Origin: Fonticula alba ATCC 38817
Lineage: Eukaryota; Protista; Nucleariida
Assembly (NCBI GenBank): GCA_000388065.2
Contig: KB932206.1
Length of the DNA stretch: 18,966 nt
Reading direction: 5' to 3' (one strand)
This document shows positions 1 to 10,517 of the stretch, in pieces. Position numbers and translations under genes: made by a program. The first letter of the stretch is position 1; each line of letters opens with the position of its first letter. The notes beneath the pieces were generated by a model. That model made no database searches and was not told the DNA's origin. It saw only the letters and a program-made list of their open reading frames with translations.

Positions 1-82
1 GGGGGGGGGGGGGCTCACACGAGCGAGAGGGAGGCCCACAACCGGTGGGGGGTCATGCTTTTCCCCTCCCATGCCCCCATGC

Positions 83-86
<4 letters not shown>

Positions 87-114
<28 letters not shown>
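87..114 (+). repeat. (CT)n microsatellite
   Basis: About 14 units are visible. Confidence 0.9.
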
Positions 115-117
<3 letters not shown>

Positions 118-376
118 CCACATCCTCCCGGCGCGTGTGCGCGTTGGACCCTGACATCGCCCTCCTTCACAGCTCTCTCTGCCTCTCTCTCTCTCCCCCC
201 CCCTCCTCTCTCAGAAGTTTGCCCTGAATAATACACCCTGTCGCAAGACCAAAAAGAAGTCCATGTGTCTCCCCATCTCTCGTCCTGCGGGCACTCTCCT
301 TCTTTTTATCCCCAGCCTGAATATGCAAGGGACGAACCGGCGGAAAATCTCCTGGACGAGGAGAAAAAGGAGGGCG

Positions 377-448
377 AGGGCCCACCCGGGGTTGATCCGG
401 GGACCTGTCGATCTGCAGTCGACCGCTCTACCACTGAGCTATAGACCC
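377..448 (-). tRNA. trnC-GCA: tRNA-Cys (anticodon GCA), 72 nt
   Basis: The reverse complement folds as a cloverleaf: GGGTCTA/TGGGCCC acceptor stem, GCTC-AGTGGTA-GAGC D arm, GTCGA-CTGCAGA-TCGAC anticodon arm, CCCGG-ATCAACC-CCGGG T arm. The U73 discriminator is the Cys identity element. A T5 Pol III terminator follows downstream (plus-strand aaaaa at 364-368). Confidence 0.93.
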
Positions 449-1129
449 GTTCTCGCTGACCAACCACCAGGGACGGGGCTAATTATACCGACACACTTGT
501 GCCCGGGCATCCCATCCCAAAGGGCCCAACGAGGGCGCACCCCCCAAAGCCACCCGGCCCGGGAGGAGGACGCCCGCCCGGACCAAGAAGCAACAACACG
601 GAAAGGGCCGAAGCTGGGGATCTGCATCTTGATGGGCAGGACACCCGGGAGCGAGTCGCACCGTTCCAGGGGGACCGACGCACAGAGGCAGGGCACTGGG
701 GATGTCCCCAATCTCCGCTGAGAGTATGACGGCCATTCAAGGTGCCGTGCCCCTGGCGGGAAGGCGAGCAGAGGGGCTCCTTACGTCGTCCGGACGCTCC
801 GGGACCGAGGGAAGAAACACGGCGAGGGGGGGGGGGGGGGGGGGCGGGAGGGGAAATCGCATAGGTGAGGGTCGACACCGACACCCTCCTCCTTCGGTGA
901 GAGGGAGCTGGAAAGATGGGTCTCCTCGCCGCTTGATTGCGTCGAGGGCGGGGCCACGGCTGGCGGAGAGCCGACAGCAGGCGGGAATAGGGCAGGGCCC
1001 GGCCAGGCGAGAGAGGAGGAAGTGAGTGGAACCGAGGACCGCCGGCGGCAAAGGCACACTCCTCCCCTCTTCTGGGGCAGACCGAAAAAAAGGGCGCGCG
1101 TCCCGGTGAGCCCGACAAGATCAAAAGAA

Positions 1130-1202
1130 TGGAGGCGGAGGGTATCGATCCCCCTGCCTGCCGCATGCTAAGCGGCCGCTCTACCATTTGAGCTACGCCC
1201 CC
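1130..1202 (-). tRNA. trnA-AGC: tRNA-Ala (anticodon AGC), 73 nt
   Basis: The reverse complement is GGGGGCG TA GCTC AAATGGTA GAGC G GCCGC TTAGCAT GCGGC AGGCA GGGGG ATCGATA CCCTC CGCCTCC A. It has the G3:U70 Ala identity pair and A73. T-run terminators lie downstream (plus-strand aaaa 1123-1126 and a7 1085-1091). Confidence 0.96.
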
Positions 1203-1809
1203 TGATCGGATGGATGCTCCCCTGCTCTCGCGTCTTTTGTCCCATCGCGCGGGCTTCCGGCGCGGGGTTGACCTCGGCGTTCGAGGCCCCAGGGCCAGAT
1301 CTCCCCCGAGGGGAGGAAGCCTCGGCCTCACGGATGGATGAGGCCAGGGGGGGGGAGGGAGCCGGGGAATGCCAGCGCACGCGCGCCGGAATCTGTCCGC
1401 GGTCTGTGTGTCACCCGTTTTTCCCCCTCTCGAGCCATGGTGTTTTTGTGGGCCGGGGGTCCTGTCCCATGGCGTCGGGAGCCGGGCGGTCCTCCTCGCC
1501 CCCCGAGAGCCCCACTCAAATAGTCCTTCCCCAATTGGGTGAATGCCGGCGCACACCGGCCCGGTGCCGGGAGATGCCGCGCCGTAAGGCCCACCGGCCA
1601 CAAGCAGAACGGCAAACAACCCCGAAGTCCGGGACATCGCAAGGGGGGATTGGGAGGGGTACGTACCAGACACCGGCCTATTTGTGGGACCCGCTGCCGG
1701 CCCGGGTACGCCTACACAGATCCCCACCCCCCTTCCTCGTCCTGCTCTACCCCCCCCCCCGCGACTTTTTTTTGGCCACCTTTCTCCCTCTCATCCCGCT
1801 CTCGCCTCG

Positions 1810-4064
1810 ATGGACAAAGCGGCCACCTTCTCGAAAGAGCCTCCCCCGAGCTACTCGGCCGAGGACAACCCGCCACCCTACTCCCTCTCGACCGCCGGTG
1901 CTTGGTCCTCGACTGCCTCCTCACACTCCTCCCTGGCGTATCCTCCGCCGCCGGCGAACTTGGACCTCACCCCAGCACCCGACACGTCGCCTGCCACCTG
2001 CCCCTACCCCTTGCAGGATCCCCACAACCCCGCGGCCTCCCCCGGCCATCCCTCGCCACCGGTATCAGCCCTCCCCTATCCACCACCTGAGCCGCAGCCC
2101 CTGCCGCAGCCATATGTCTTTCCTCAGTACTCCCCGGGCCCCGGCCCGGCGCCCATGATCTCCACTGTCCCGGCGTCCCCGTCCTCGCCGATGCTCATGC
2201 CGCAGCCGGTCCTCCATGCGCCAGTCCCCGTGCAGCAGGCAGCCTCGCCGGTGTCGCCCTCCGCGGCCATGTCAGGCGGATCCACGGTAACCACGGTGAC
2301 CCACTCGTACGCCAGTGTCCAGGTGAGGATCATCCTCCCGAAGCTGGTGTACACCCTCGAGGAGGTGGTCAGCGGACAAATTGGTGTGTCCTGGCCGCGG
2401 CCTCCCTCCTGCCTGGCCTCCTTTCTCCGCGCCCTCCCTCTCCCCTCCCCTCTTCATCCATGCATGCTTACCAACACACCCTCCCTCCGGTGGATCCACA
2501 CATAGAACTCATCTGTCCGCAGAATGTCTCGTTGGAGCGCGTGACCGCCGAGATCTTCGGCCGCGAGTACACCTTCACGCGAGTCATCCGGCCCAAGTCC
2601 GCTGCCCGGGGCCCCTCCATTGCAGGGCCCCAAAACCGGGCCAACACTCTGGCTTTCTCTGAAAACCTGGTGCACTTCCACACCGGACCCAACCATGCGG
2701 TGGACATCCTCACCAAGGCCACCATTACTCCAGGGACGCACTCGTACTCCTTCAGCCTTCCCACCCACAGATGGTATGTTGTCAACAGCTCCTCCCCCCC
2801 CCCCTTCCTCCCCTTTGTCGGGCAATGGAGCCCCTCCCCTGGCTTCTCTGACTGGCTTCTCGTCCCTCCGCCATTGGCCCCCCTTTCTCCCGGCCCCTAT
2901 ACCCCTCTCCTGTGCACTTCCCAGGCTCCCCTCCACCTTCTGCGCCGTGCGCGATGAGCGTCGTCTCAGCTTTGCCGTTGCCTACTCCATCAAGGTCCGC
3001 GTGGTGGAGAGTGCCGAGCGGATCTTCGACTTCCAGCGCAGCATCTGCCTCTTCCGGGCACCCAGCCCCGCCCCCCCACGGCCTTTCGTCAGCAACGACT
3101 CCTCAGATGTCTTCTTTTCTCGAAGTACGTACCTAAGGCTTCACATGTGCTGAGACCCTCCCCCCCCCCTCCTGCGGACCCGCGCTTCTGGCATTCTGGC
3201 CACTCACCCTTGTCCGCCATCTCGATGTCCGCCACCTTTCAGAGAAGATCACCTGGCAGGTCCAAATCCCCAAGCGTGTATGTATCCGCCTGTCTGCTCG
3301 CTGCCCTCCCCCCCCCCTCCCTCCACCTCCCCGGTGTCGCAAACACATCACTCCCCTCCTTGCACATGCCTCCACTGACACCTCCGCCATCCATCCGTAG
3401 ACTTTCTTCCCAGGAGAGGTGGTGCCGCTCAGCATTCGTGTTGACAATCAGACATCGCGCGCTGTGCGCAACATCCACCTCTCCTTCCACCGCATTTACC
3501 ATTGCACATTCGTGGCCGCCGGGCACTTTGCACAGCGGACCAAAATCTCCTTCCAGCACACTGGCAAGGCGCTCAGCAAGCAGTCCATCACGGACCTTGC
3601 CCTGAGCTTTGTCGTCCCGCAGGATGCCCTCCCCTCCACCCTGGGGACCCTCTTCCGCGTGTCGTGTACGTGCGGTCTGCCCGGCCACCGGATCGGGCCC
3701 GGCGTGGCAATGACCCTTGCCGTATCGCCATCCCACACCCTCCTCTCCGTCTCTCTTTCTCACTCTCCCCGCATGTCCCTCCCCCCCCCCCTCCAAACAC
3801 ATGTCCTTCTTGCCTGCTGTAGATGAGCTGCATGTGAGCCTTGAAATGGCCATGACCTCAGACCCGGTGATCAAGCTCCCGCTGGAGGTCGATTTCAATC
3901 CCGCGGACGCGGATCTCATCCAACGCCTTCCTCGGATGTATATGGACTTTGATCCGACCTTCTTCACACAGCCATCGGTCAACACCAGCGCCCTGTTCAC
4001 CTATCCGGGACCGCATCTGGCCATCAAGGATGCCGGGCGCAAGGATACTTTCAACTGCAGCTAG
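1810..4064 (+). CDS. Arrestin-domain (alpha-arrestin-like) protein 1, ~527 aa, with Pro-rich N-terminus bearing PPxY motifs; 6 exons
   Basis: Hand-spliced exons: 1810-2383, 2506-2773, 2925-3124, 3243-3277, 3401-3665, 3823-4064 (1584 nt, frame-consistent, all GT-AG). Arrestin_N-like motifs: 'LPKLVYTLEEVVSGQIEL...AEIFGREYT', 'GTHSYSFSLP...WLPSTF', 'VAYSIKVRV'. Arrestin_C-like motifs: 'QIPKRTFFPGEVVPLSIRVDNQTSRAV', 'LPSTLGTLFRVSYELHV'. Confidence 0.85.
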
Positions 4065-5050
4065 GAGGGCCGCCCCGTCGCACCTAGCCGGGCCATTTGC
4101 GCAGCCCTCCAGGGCCCGGGAAGCCACACAGGCTGGACACCCATGCGGCGTTCAAATGCCCACATGCGGGTGCCACCTTGCAATAAACACCCAAAATCTT
4201 CACACCACACGCATACACTCGCATGCGCCTGGTCAGGGGAGAGAGAGAGAGGGAGCGAGGGAGTGGGAGGGAGTGGCAGAGCGGGAGGCAGGGAGATGGC
4301 AAGAGTGGACAGCCCCCAGTTCTGGGGCCCTGTGAACCGAAGACAGAAAGCCCTTCCGATGGCTGAGCCCCTTCCCCGTCAAGACGCTCCACCGGGTCCG
4401 AAGAGCCTCGGCCCCTGCCAGGGCCCGCGACCCCGAGGGAACCTCCCTCGCAGGGGCCCGGTCCGGGCCACAAACATGGGCGGGGCGTCAGATGCCAATT
4501 CTCTCCCCATTCGAGGGACCGAATCCGGCAGGTCCTTTCTCGGGCTGGGAGGGCGTATCAAATTCCAGGCGCGGAGATCGGTTGCCGCGCTCTGTCCCCT
4601 GGGCATGGTCAAAGCAAGAGTATGCTGCGGCCCCCCGCCCTCGGATCCCGCAGACACACGCGCACGGCGGCCCCATACAGACAACCGGCCCTCTTTTTTT
4701 TCTTTTTTTTCCACCCGCAACCATAGAGGTGCTGGGGTAACGCCCTGCCCAGCGCATGCACATCGGCGTGTGGCCGCCGTGCCCAGGGAAAGGGAAAACA
4801 AATACCGAAGGGGCTCCAACCTGGTGGGCTGAAGTGCTCTCCCAAGCCGGCATCCCTCACCCTACTCCCCTTGCTGATCTTCGGGACCTTCGCCTTTTTC
4901 TTCCTCTCTCCCCCTCTCTCTCTCTCTCTCTCGCTCAGGTGTTTCCTCCGGCTCCCGCATCCTCTCCGGCCCCCGGCTCCCTCTGCTTGCGTTTCTCCTC
5001 CCTCCCTGCCACGCTGCCGTCATCGCCGCTGCCGCAGTGCCACCGTCGTG

Positions 5051-6833
5051 ATGTCTCGCATGGAACTCGACCGCCCCTTCTACGTCCCCGGGGACACAAT
5101 CTCCGGCAACATCGGTGCGCCCCATTCCCCGGGTCTTGCCCTCTCCTGATCATGCCGATGGCCCCTGTGCTGACATGCTCCCCACAGTGGCCTGCGCTCC
5201 GACCGATGGGCCCTTCAATGTTCTGCTGGAGCTACGCCTGTACGAGGTGTTCTACCGGTCATACTCGGCCCATCACACGGAAGACCTGGTTGTCGGGCGA
5301 AATGGCAACCAATCGGTCATTTTGGAGCAGCAGACCCTTCCATCGGGCATCGTCACAGGTGGCCCCCATCAAGCGGTGGCCCTTCCCTTCGTCATCCACC
5401 TTAGTGATCGGTGCGCCGGCTCATCGAGGACCACCTCCCTCCGACATGTTGGTCCTGCCATGCTGCCTGTTGCTGCCCTCTAATTCGGCCCTCCTCCTCT
5501 CGCCCGGCCCCCAGTCTCGAGCCGAGCATCTCCATCCTCCGGCCTCGGAGCTACTCCTTCGCCATTTTCTACCGCCTGGAAGCACGGCTCCTCTCCGGCC
5601 ATTCGTCTGAGGCGGTGCCCATCACCTGGGCCACGCTCTGTGTCATCCGGCCGCAGTCCCCCATCTCCCCGCCCGGCGTGTCCTACCTGTCTTTCTTCCC
5701 CCTGGCTACTGCCCCGCGTGCCAACAACCTCTCCTGTGCGTATGGCCACCACACCGGAATGCAGACACACCTGCCGTGCACGGCGACACGAGTGATGTGA
5801 ATTACCTTTTCTTTCTCACCTGGCCCCGTACCCCGCCTCACCCATTGCCCAACATCAAATAGCCCCCTGCCCGATGTCCCCAATGTCGGGCGTCCATGTC
5901 ACCGGTCATTTGGATCGCATGGTAGGTTTCCTCCCCCCCCCCCNNNNNNNNNNCGTCCCCCTTCTCTTGCTTTTTCCTCAACCCCTCGCCTCTTGACGTG
6001 GCTATACTCCTGCGCCTGTGCATTCTTGCTTCTGTGGATTTCCCACCGGGATTTGCCCCTCCTCGCATTTTCCATCCTCACATTCACACCTACCCCCCCT
6101 CTCTCTCTCTCCCTCTGCTGATGTCCGCTCTCCCCCCTCCATGCCCCTTGGCGATCGTCAGGCATACAATGCCGGCGATCAGGTGGCCCTCGCCCTGTCC
6201 ATCGTCAATCAGTCCTCCAAGAAGCTCAAGGACATCAAAGTCCGCTTGAATCTGGCCTTCTCGGTCCGGCACCATGTTGCCACCACCCAGGTGTACATCT
6301 ACTCCAATATCCAGAAGCAGAAACTTCCTCTCAAGATCGCCCCAGGGGAGACTGCCAATGAAAACATCGTTTTCACCTTGCCCACCAAGGCTCCCTCCTC
6401 CACAGCGGCTCGGCTCTTCAATATCTATTGTGCGTGCCCCCAGACAGGGAGGAGGCCCCCGGCGTCCATCCAAGATCGCCATCGGTGACTTCTTTCTTTT
6501 TTTTTCTTTCTTTTCCCCCCCCCCTTTGCCCGCTGTTCCCATGCCAGCCTGCATGCTCACTCGGCTGTGCAACTCCGGGACGGTCCCTTTTTCCTTCCTG
6601 ACACCCCCCATCCGGGCTCTTCAGACGAGATCGTCGTCATTCTGCCCAACAAGGCGCCCTATCGTGCGGTCTTCGCCGTGACGGCACCCCCACCAGATGC
6701 ACAGGCCCTCAGCTCGCTCGACACCCTCGGGAAGCAGGTCTACAGCAACGCCATCGTCAAGACCGAGTCTGTCTCCGGTTTCCTGCTCTCCGGCCGCATG
6801 GGGTTATTTGCCAACATGTTCCAAAACGACTGA
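5051..6833 (+). CDS. Arrestin-domain protein 2, ~347 aa; 6 exons
   Basis: Exons: 5051-5114, 5188-5410, 5515-5735, 5863-5921, 6162-6429, 6625-6833 (1044 nt, frame-consistent). Motifs: 'MELDRPFYVPGDTISGNI', 'LPFVIHL..RLEPS', 'IFYRLEARL', 'LDRMAYNAGDQVALALSIVNQSSKKLKDIKVRL', 'APSST..LFNIYYEIVV'. The N gap lies inside intron 4. The start codon is less certain, and a 5'-UTR intron at 4939-5037 is possible. Confidence 0.8.
5944..5953. other. Assembly gap (10 N)
   Basis: A run of n characters follows a poly-C tract. The true gap length is unknown. Confidence 0.99.
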
Positions 6834-7240
6834 ACAACCGGGACGCGGTGGCATTTTGCCCCTCTCCCTCTTTCCCTCTTTTTCTTGCCCTGCCTCCTTC
6901 GCTTTGGCCGGGGGAGGAGGCGGAAAATCACAATACACGAATTTCCATCCGCACAAAAGTCCCTTTGTATTTGCGGTCTTAAAAACTGGAACGACGCCAT
7001 GTGATCTTCGCGCGTTTTTATTTTAAAAATCACTTCCCACCAGGGTTGGATTATTTTCCTTTGCCCCACCTGTGGCAAGTGCACCACCGGAGGCCGTGCC
7101 GATCCTCCGATCGAACGTGGGATCGCCTTTTTTTTTTTTATTTCAGACGGCCTACTTGCGGATTTGGCAATCGCGCTAGCCTCTTGCCCCCCCCCTCCCT
7201 TGTCCTCCCTGCCGTTTCATCTTTTCTCCTTGCCCTTGGC

Positions 7241-10106
7241 ATGTCGGCCTCTGACGCTCCACCGCGCGTGGACGCCACACCATCCACCTCGGGTGCTGCT
7301 CCGCCCTCCCCCTCGAGACCGGAGATGGCTCCTCCGGCTCCATCCGAGGAGAGGCCTCGTGCCCAGGATCCGGTCGCGCTGGCGACAGCAATGTTTCACA
7401 CGGCCATCGAATTGTACCTTTTCCCCTGAAAGTCATACCTCTCCTCTCGCACATGGGCCTCCTGCCATGCGAACACACACACACACACGCACACGCACAC
7501 GCACGCACAGGCGCACACAGGCGCACACAGACGCACACAGGCGCACACAGGTGTGCGCATCGACACTCTTACTCACCACCCCATGATCAGATCGCCCGTC
7601 TTCCAGAGCCAGGGGAAAATCCGTGCCTTGGTGGCCGGCACGCGTGAACTTCGGGTTTCTCAGCTCGCTGCGTATTCGACTCAGGCCAAGGAAGAGTCCC
7701 TTTCCGTACTCGGTATTCTGACAGCCAAGTCGGATCCCCTCAAGTCGTATGTACCTCGTACACTCGCACTTCCTTCATCTTCGCCCCCTCTCCTCCTTAT
7801 CGCTGACTGTGCCAAAGTTCCAAAGGCGAACTCTATGTTCGCTGGAAGTTGACCGACCTCCGCGGGGACACCTCGAATCCCCGGGCTTCGGCGGCTCTGC
7901 TGCTTTTTGGCTCGGTTTTCAAGGACCATGCGGATATTGAGGAGGGCACGGCCATCCTCCTCCGCCGTCCAAAGGTTCTTCCGGTGTGTTGCCGCCATGT
8001 CTCTTTCTCTCTCTGCCTCCCTCCCTCTCATTCATTGAGCAGAACCCTCTTTGCCGGTTTGCTGACTGTGGCTCAATCGTAGCAAACCACCACCGACCAA
8101 ACGACCACGCTATTCATTCGCGACTCGCGTCAGCTTTGTCCCATTGGCCGGGCCGTGCATTTTGGCGTTTGCGACGCAATTCGCACTAGCACAGGGCAGC
8201 GCTGTACCATCAAGATCGACACGTACGGGCGCCCTTCCACAGCGTTCTTTACACACACGCACACACACACACACACACACACACGATTTTCCTGCTAATT
8301 GGTGTTTGGTTTCCTCTTCGCATCCCCCACTCCCCGGATGCACCGTCCGGATTCCCGCCAGATCGCGTGGGCCCACTTGTGAACACCACTTGATGATGGC
8401 TTTCAGGTCGTCAGTTCTCAATCGCGCGGAACTGCGAGTTGGGTGCGACAAGATCTCCCCCCTTGCCCCCTGCTTTCGTTTGGCCAGCTCCTCTCCCCCT
8501 CTGTCTTGACTTCTTTTTGCTGACCCCCCGACCGCCATCCCGTCCCACCTTCCAGTCCCTCATCCGTCCGTCCTGACACTGGCACCCGGCGTCAGGGCCG
8601 CAACTCGACCCTGGATGTGGCTCACCTGGCCGGCCCCGAGGCGGCCGGGCTGAAGCTCCTGCCTGACGGCCAACTTGTGGATCTGGGCACCCTGGCCAAA
8701 AACCGCGCTGCCGACGCGGCCGCCGCGCACCGGTCTTTGTGCGTCCTGCCAGTGTGACATTGCTTCTCTTTTGGGCCAGCCTCCTGACTTCCTGGTCGAA
8801 GTGAAAAGTTCCTGGAGGCCAATCCCCAGATGCGGCGACCGGCACCGGCGGCCGAGCTGTCATACAAGCGCGAACGCACCAGCCTTGAACTATCGGACCC
8901 CGGGTCCGAGCTCAATAGTCGCGCCTTCGTCCCGATCATCGGTGGAGGCCTCGGGCCGTCGGTTGTTGGCGCTCACCTTTCGGCAAGTGGAAAGTCCACT
9001 CCAGCCAAGCGCCCGCGCACCGCACCCGATGCTGCCCCTCTCATTGACTTGGAGCTGCCCGAGGTGGCCACTGACATTGCCATTGTATGTTGTCTTGTGC
9101 CTTGTTTCATCTTTTTCTTCTTCTTCTTCTTCTTCTTTTTCCCCTCCCCCCTCCTCTCCTCATGCCTTCTTGCCCGGCCGCTGTTGACACTGGCGTCGCC
9201 CTTTCCCGGCGACCCAGTCGCAGATGGCCGTTGCCACGGAGCTGGGCCGTCGCGCGGTCGCCTCAAACGGCCCTGCTCTCTTCCCGGCGCCCGATCCATC
9301 GGTCCCTCGAACACAGGCGGAGGCTCTTCCGGCCGACGTGCGCCGGTCTAGCTCGCTGGACACGGCCGGGCGATCTCGCTCATCCGTGGTGTCCAACAGT
9401 GTGTTGCTATCGGCCTTCGAGCGGCGCCGGCCGGCCGCAACAGCCTCGGCCGTCAAGGCCTCATCCGGCAAGTCCAACCCGAAGGAGGCCTCATCTGGTG
9501 CCACGCGCGACCCCTCGGCCGATGCCCTGATGAAGGCACTCGGCATGGATGCATCCCTGGTCAAGAGTGCCGGATCGGCTCGGTCCCTGCAACAAGACAA
9601 GATCAATGCCGAGGAGAAGAAGCAGCGAGATGTGGTGTTCAATCGCCTCGCCAAGCAGGAGCGCGCGTATGATCGTATGCGCAAAGTGCAGTTCATCACC
9701 GTGCGCGCGGTGTTCTGTCCGTCGGTGCGTTTCCAGACAGCTGCCACCACAATCACAGCCACACACAATCACAGCCACACACAATCACAGCCACACACAC
9801 ACACACACACACTCCACATGACTGTCATGCATCGATATGTGGATGTATTGTTCATTTGTATATGCGCGCATGTCATTTGTCCCTTGGCGTTCCTTTTACC
9901 ATTTCGCCATCCCGACCACCGCTGATTTCCTGGGCCCTGTACAGTGCGACCTGTGGTCTGAGAAGCCAACTCCAATGTGTGACGAACTCGGACACGCCTA
10001 TCGGACAGGCCAGCCTCGGAAGAAGCACTTCTTCCGGTGCACCAACTGTCGGTGGCGCACGGACTCCCTCTATCCGTATCCCCGGCATCAGTGCTTGTGC
10101 GTGGCG

Positions 10107-10145
<39 letters not shown>

Positions 10146-10373
10146 CTGCCATGCTCCCTGATTGGCTTCCAACCATGGGGCCCTGTCAGATGCTTTTTTT
10201 CTTCGCTTGGGCACACCCACTGACATATGTTTTTGACCTGACATCTTCGGTACAGCAACTGCAAGTCGAATGGCTTCCTCCCCTGTGGCATGGTCGATGT
10301 GCGTACTTCCCTCGATTGCAATACGGCTATTTTCTCGATTCCTTTTTTCCTTTTTTTTTCCTTCCCCCCTGCC

Positions 10374-10409
<36 letters not shown>

Positions 10410-10517
10410 CAAAAGTGCGCACACTTACATGAGTGCATCATCTTGCAGGAGGATGCCGCCAAGATCTCGGATTTCACCGGCTTGGATGAGGAGTACGGCA
10501 AGAACTTGAAGGAGTGA
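7241..10517 (+). CDS. MCM10: DNA replication initiation factor Mcm10, ~650 aa; 11 exons
   Basis: Exons: 7241-7413, 7591-7746, 7818-7983, 8083-8222, 8362-8442, 8556-8738, 8802-9084, 9218-9724, 9945-10096, 10256-10298, 10449-10517 (1953 nt, frame-consistent). OB-fold motifs: 'LGILTAKSDP..SSKGELYVRWKLTDL...LLLFGSVFK...EEGTAILLRRPKV'. Internal CCCH finger: 'IGRAVHFGVCDAIRTSTGQRCTIKIDTSRGPTCEHH...NRAEL'. C-terminal Zn domain: 'FNRLAKQERAYDRM...VRAVFCPSC...C..LGH...KKHFFRCTNC...P..QCFNC'. All match the Mcm10 family as recalled. Internal boundaries in exons 6-8 are less certain. Confidence 0.9.
7473..7550 (+). repeat. (CA)n grading into a 10-bp GCGCACACAG tandem repeat (~4-5 copies), MCM10 intron 1
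   Basis: Read directly from the sequence. Units lie at 7511, 7521, 7531 (one mismatch) and 7541, with a degenerate unit at 7501. Confidence 0.9.
9748..9811 (+). repeat. 16-bp CACAATCACAGCCACA x3 followed by (CA)n, MCM10 intron 8
   Basis: Exact units lie at 9748, 9764 and 9780. Confidence 0.9.
10107..10143 (+). repeat. (GCT)n/(CTG)n trinucleotide microsatellite, MCM10 intron 9
   Basis: About 12 uninterrupted units are visible. The tract is intronic in the spliced model. Confidence 0.9.

Noticed and set aside
19-56. Possible first exon of a minus-strand gene (MTPHRLWASLSL|gtgagc)
   Set aside because: It is only 38 nt at the window edge and has no further support.
215-443. Possible terminal exons of an upstream plus-strand gene (PEYARDEPAENLLDEEKKEG...) overlapping tRNA-Cys antisense
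   Set aside because: The candidate splice sites do not give a stop-free joined frame, and the overlap with the tRNA is more simply chance.
483-1727. 414-aa minus-strand ORF
   Set aside because: It reads straight through tRNA-Ala and G-homopolymers, has R/P/G-rich low-complexity composition typical of GC-rich noncoding DNA, and shows no recognisable domain.
1214-2158. 314-aa plus-strand ORF and other overlapping ORFs around arrestin 1
   Set aside because: These are alternative frames of GC-rich sequence. The frame starting MDKAATF splices coherently into the arrestin fold.
3240-3250. CAGAGAAGAT (U6 ACAGAGA-box-like) and GGCCTTTTGGC at ~11781 (U2-like)
   Set aside because: These are 10-11-nt matches only, with no flanking snRNA sequence or structure. 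The first is an arrestin splice junction.
9037-9051. LIDLE clathrin-box-like motif in MCM10 exon 7
   Set aside because: It is a 5-residue match in a disordered region of a nuclear replication protein and most likely chance.
7473-9811. Tandem repeats in MCM10 introns as a CRISPR-like array or mobile element
   Set aside because: They are contiguous minisatellites without unique spacers, terminal repeats or target-site duplications, in a eukaryotic context.
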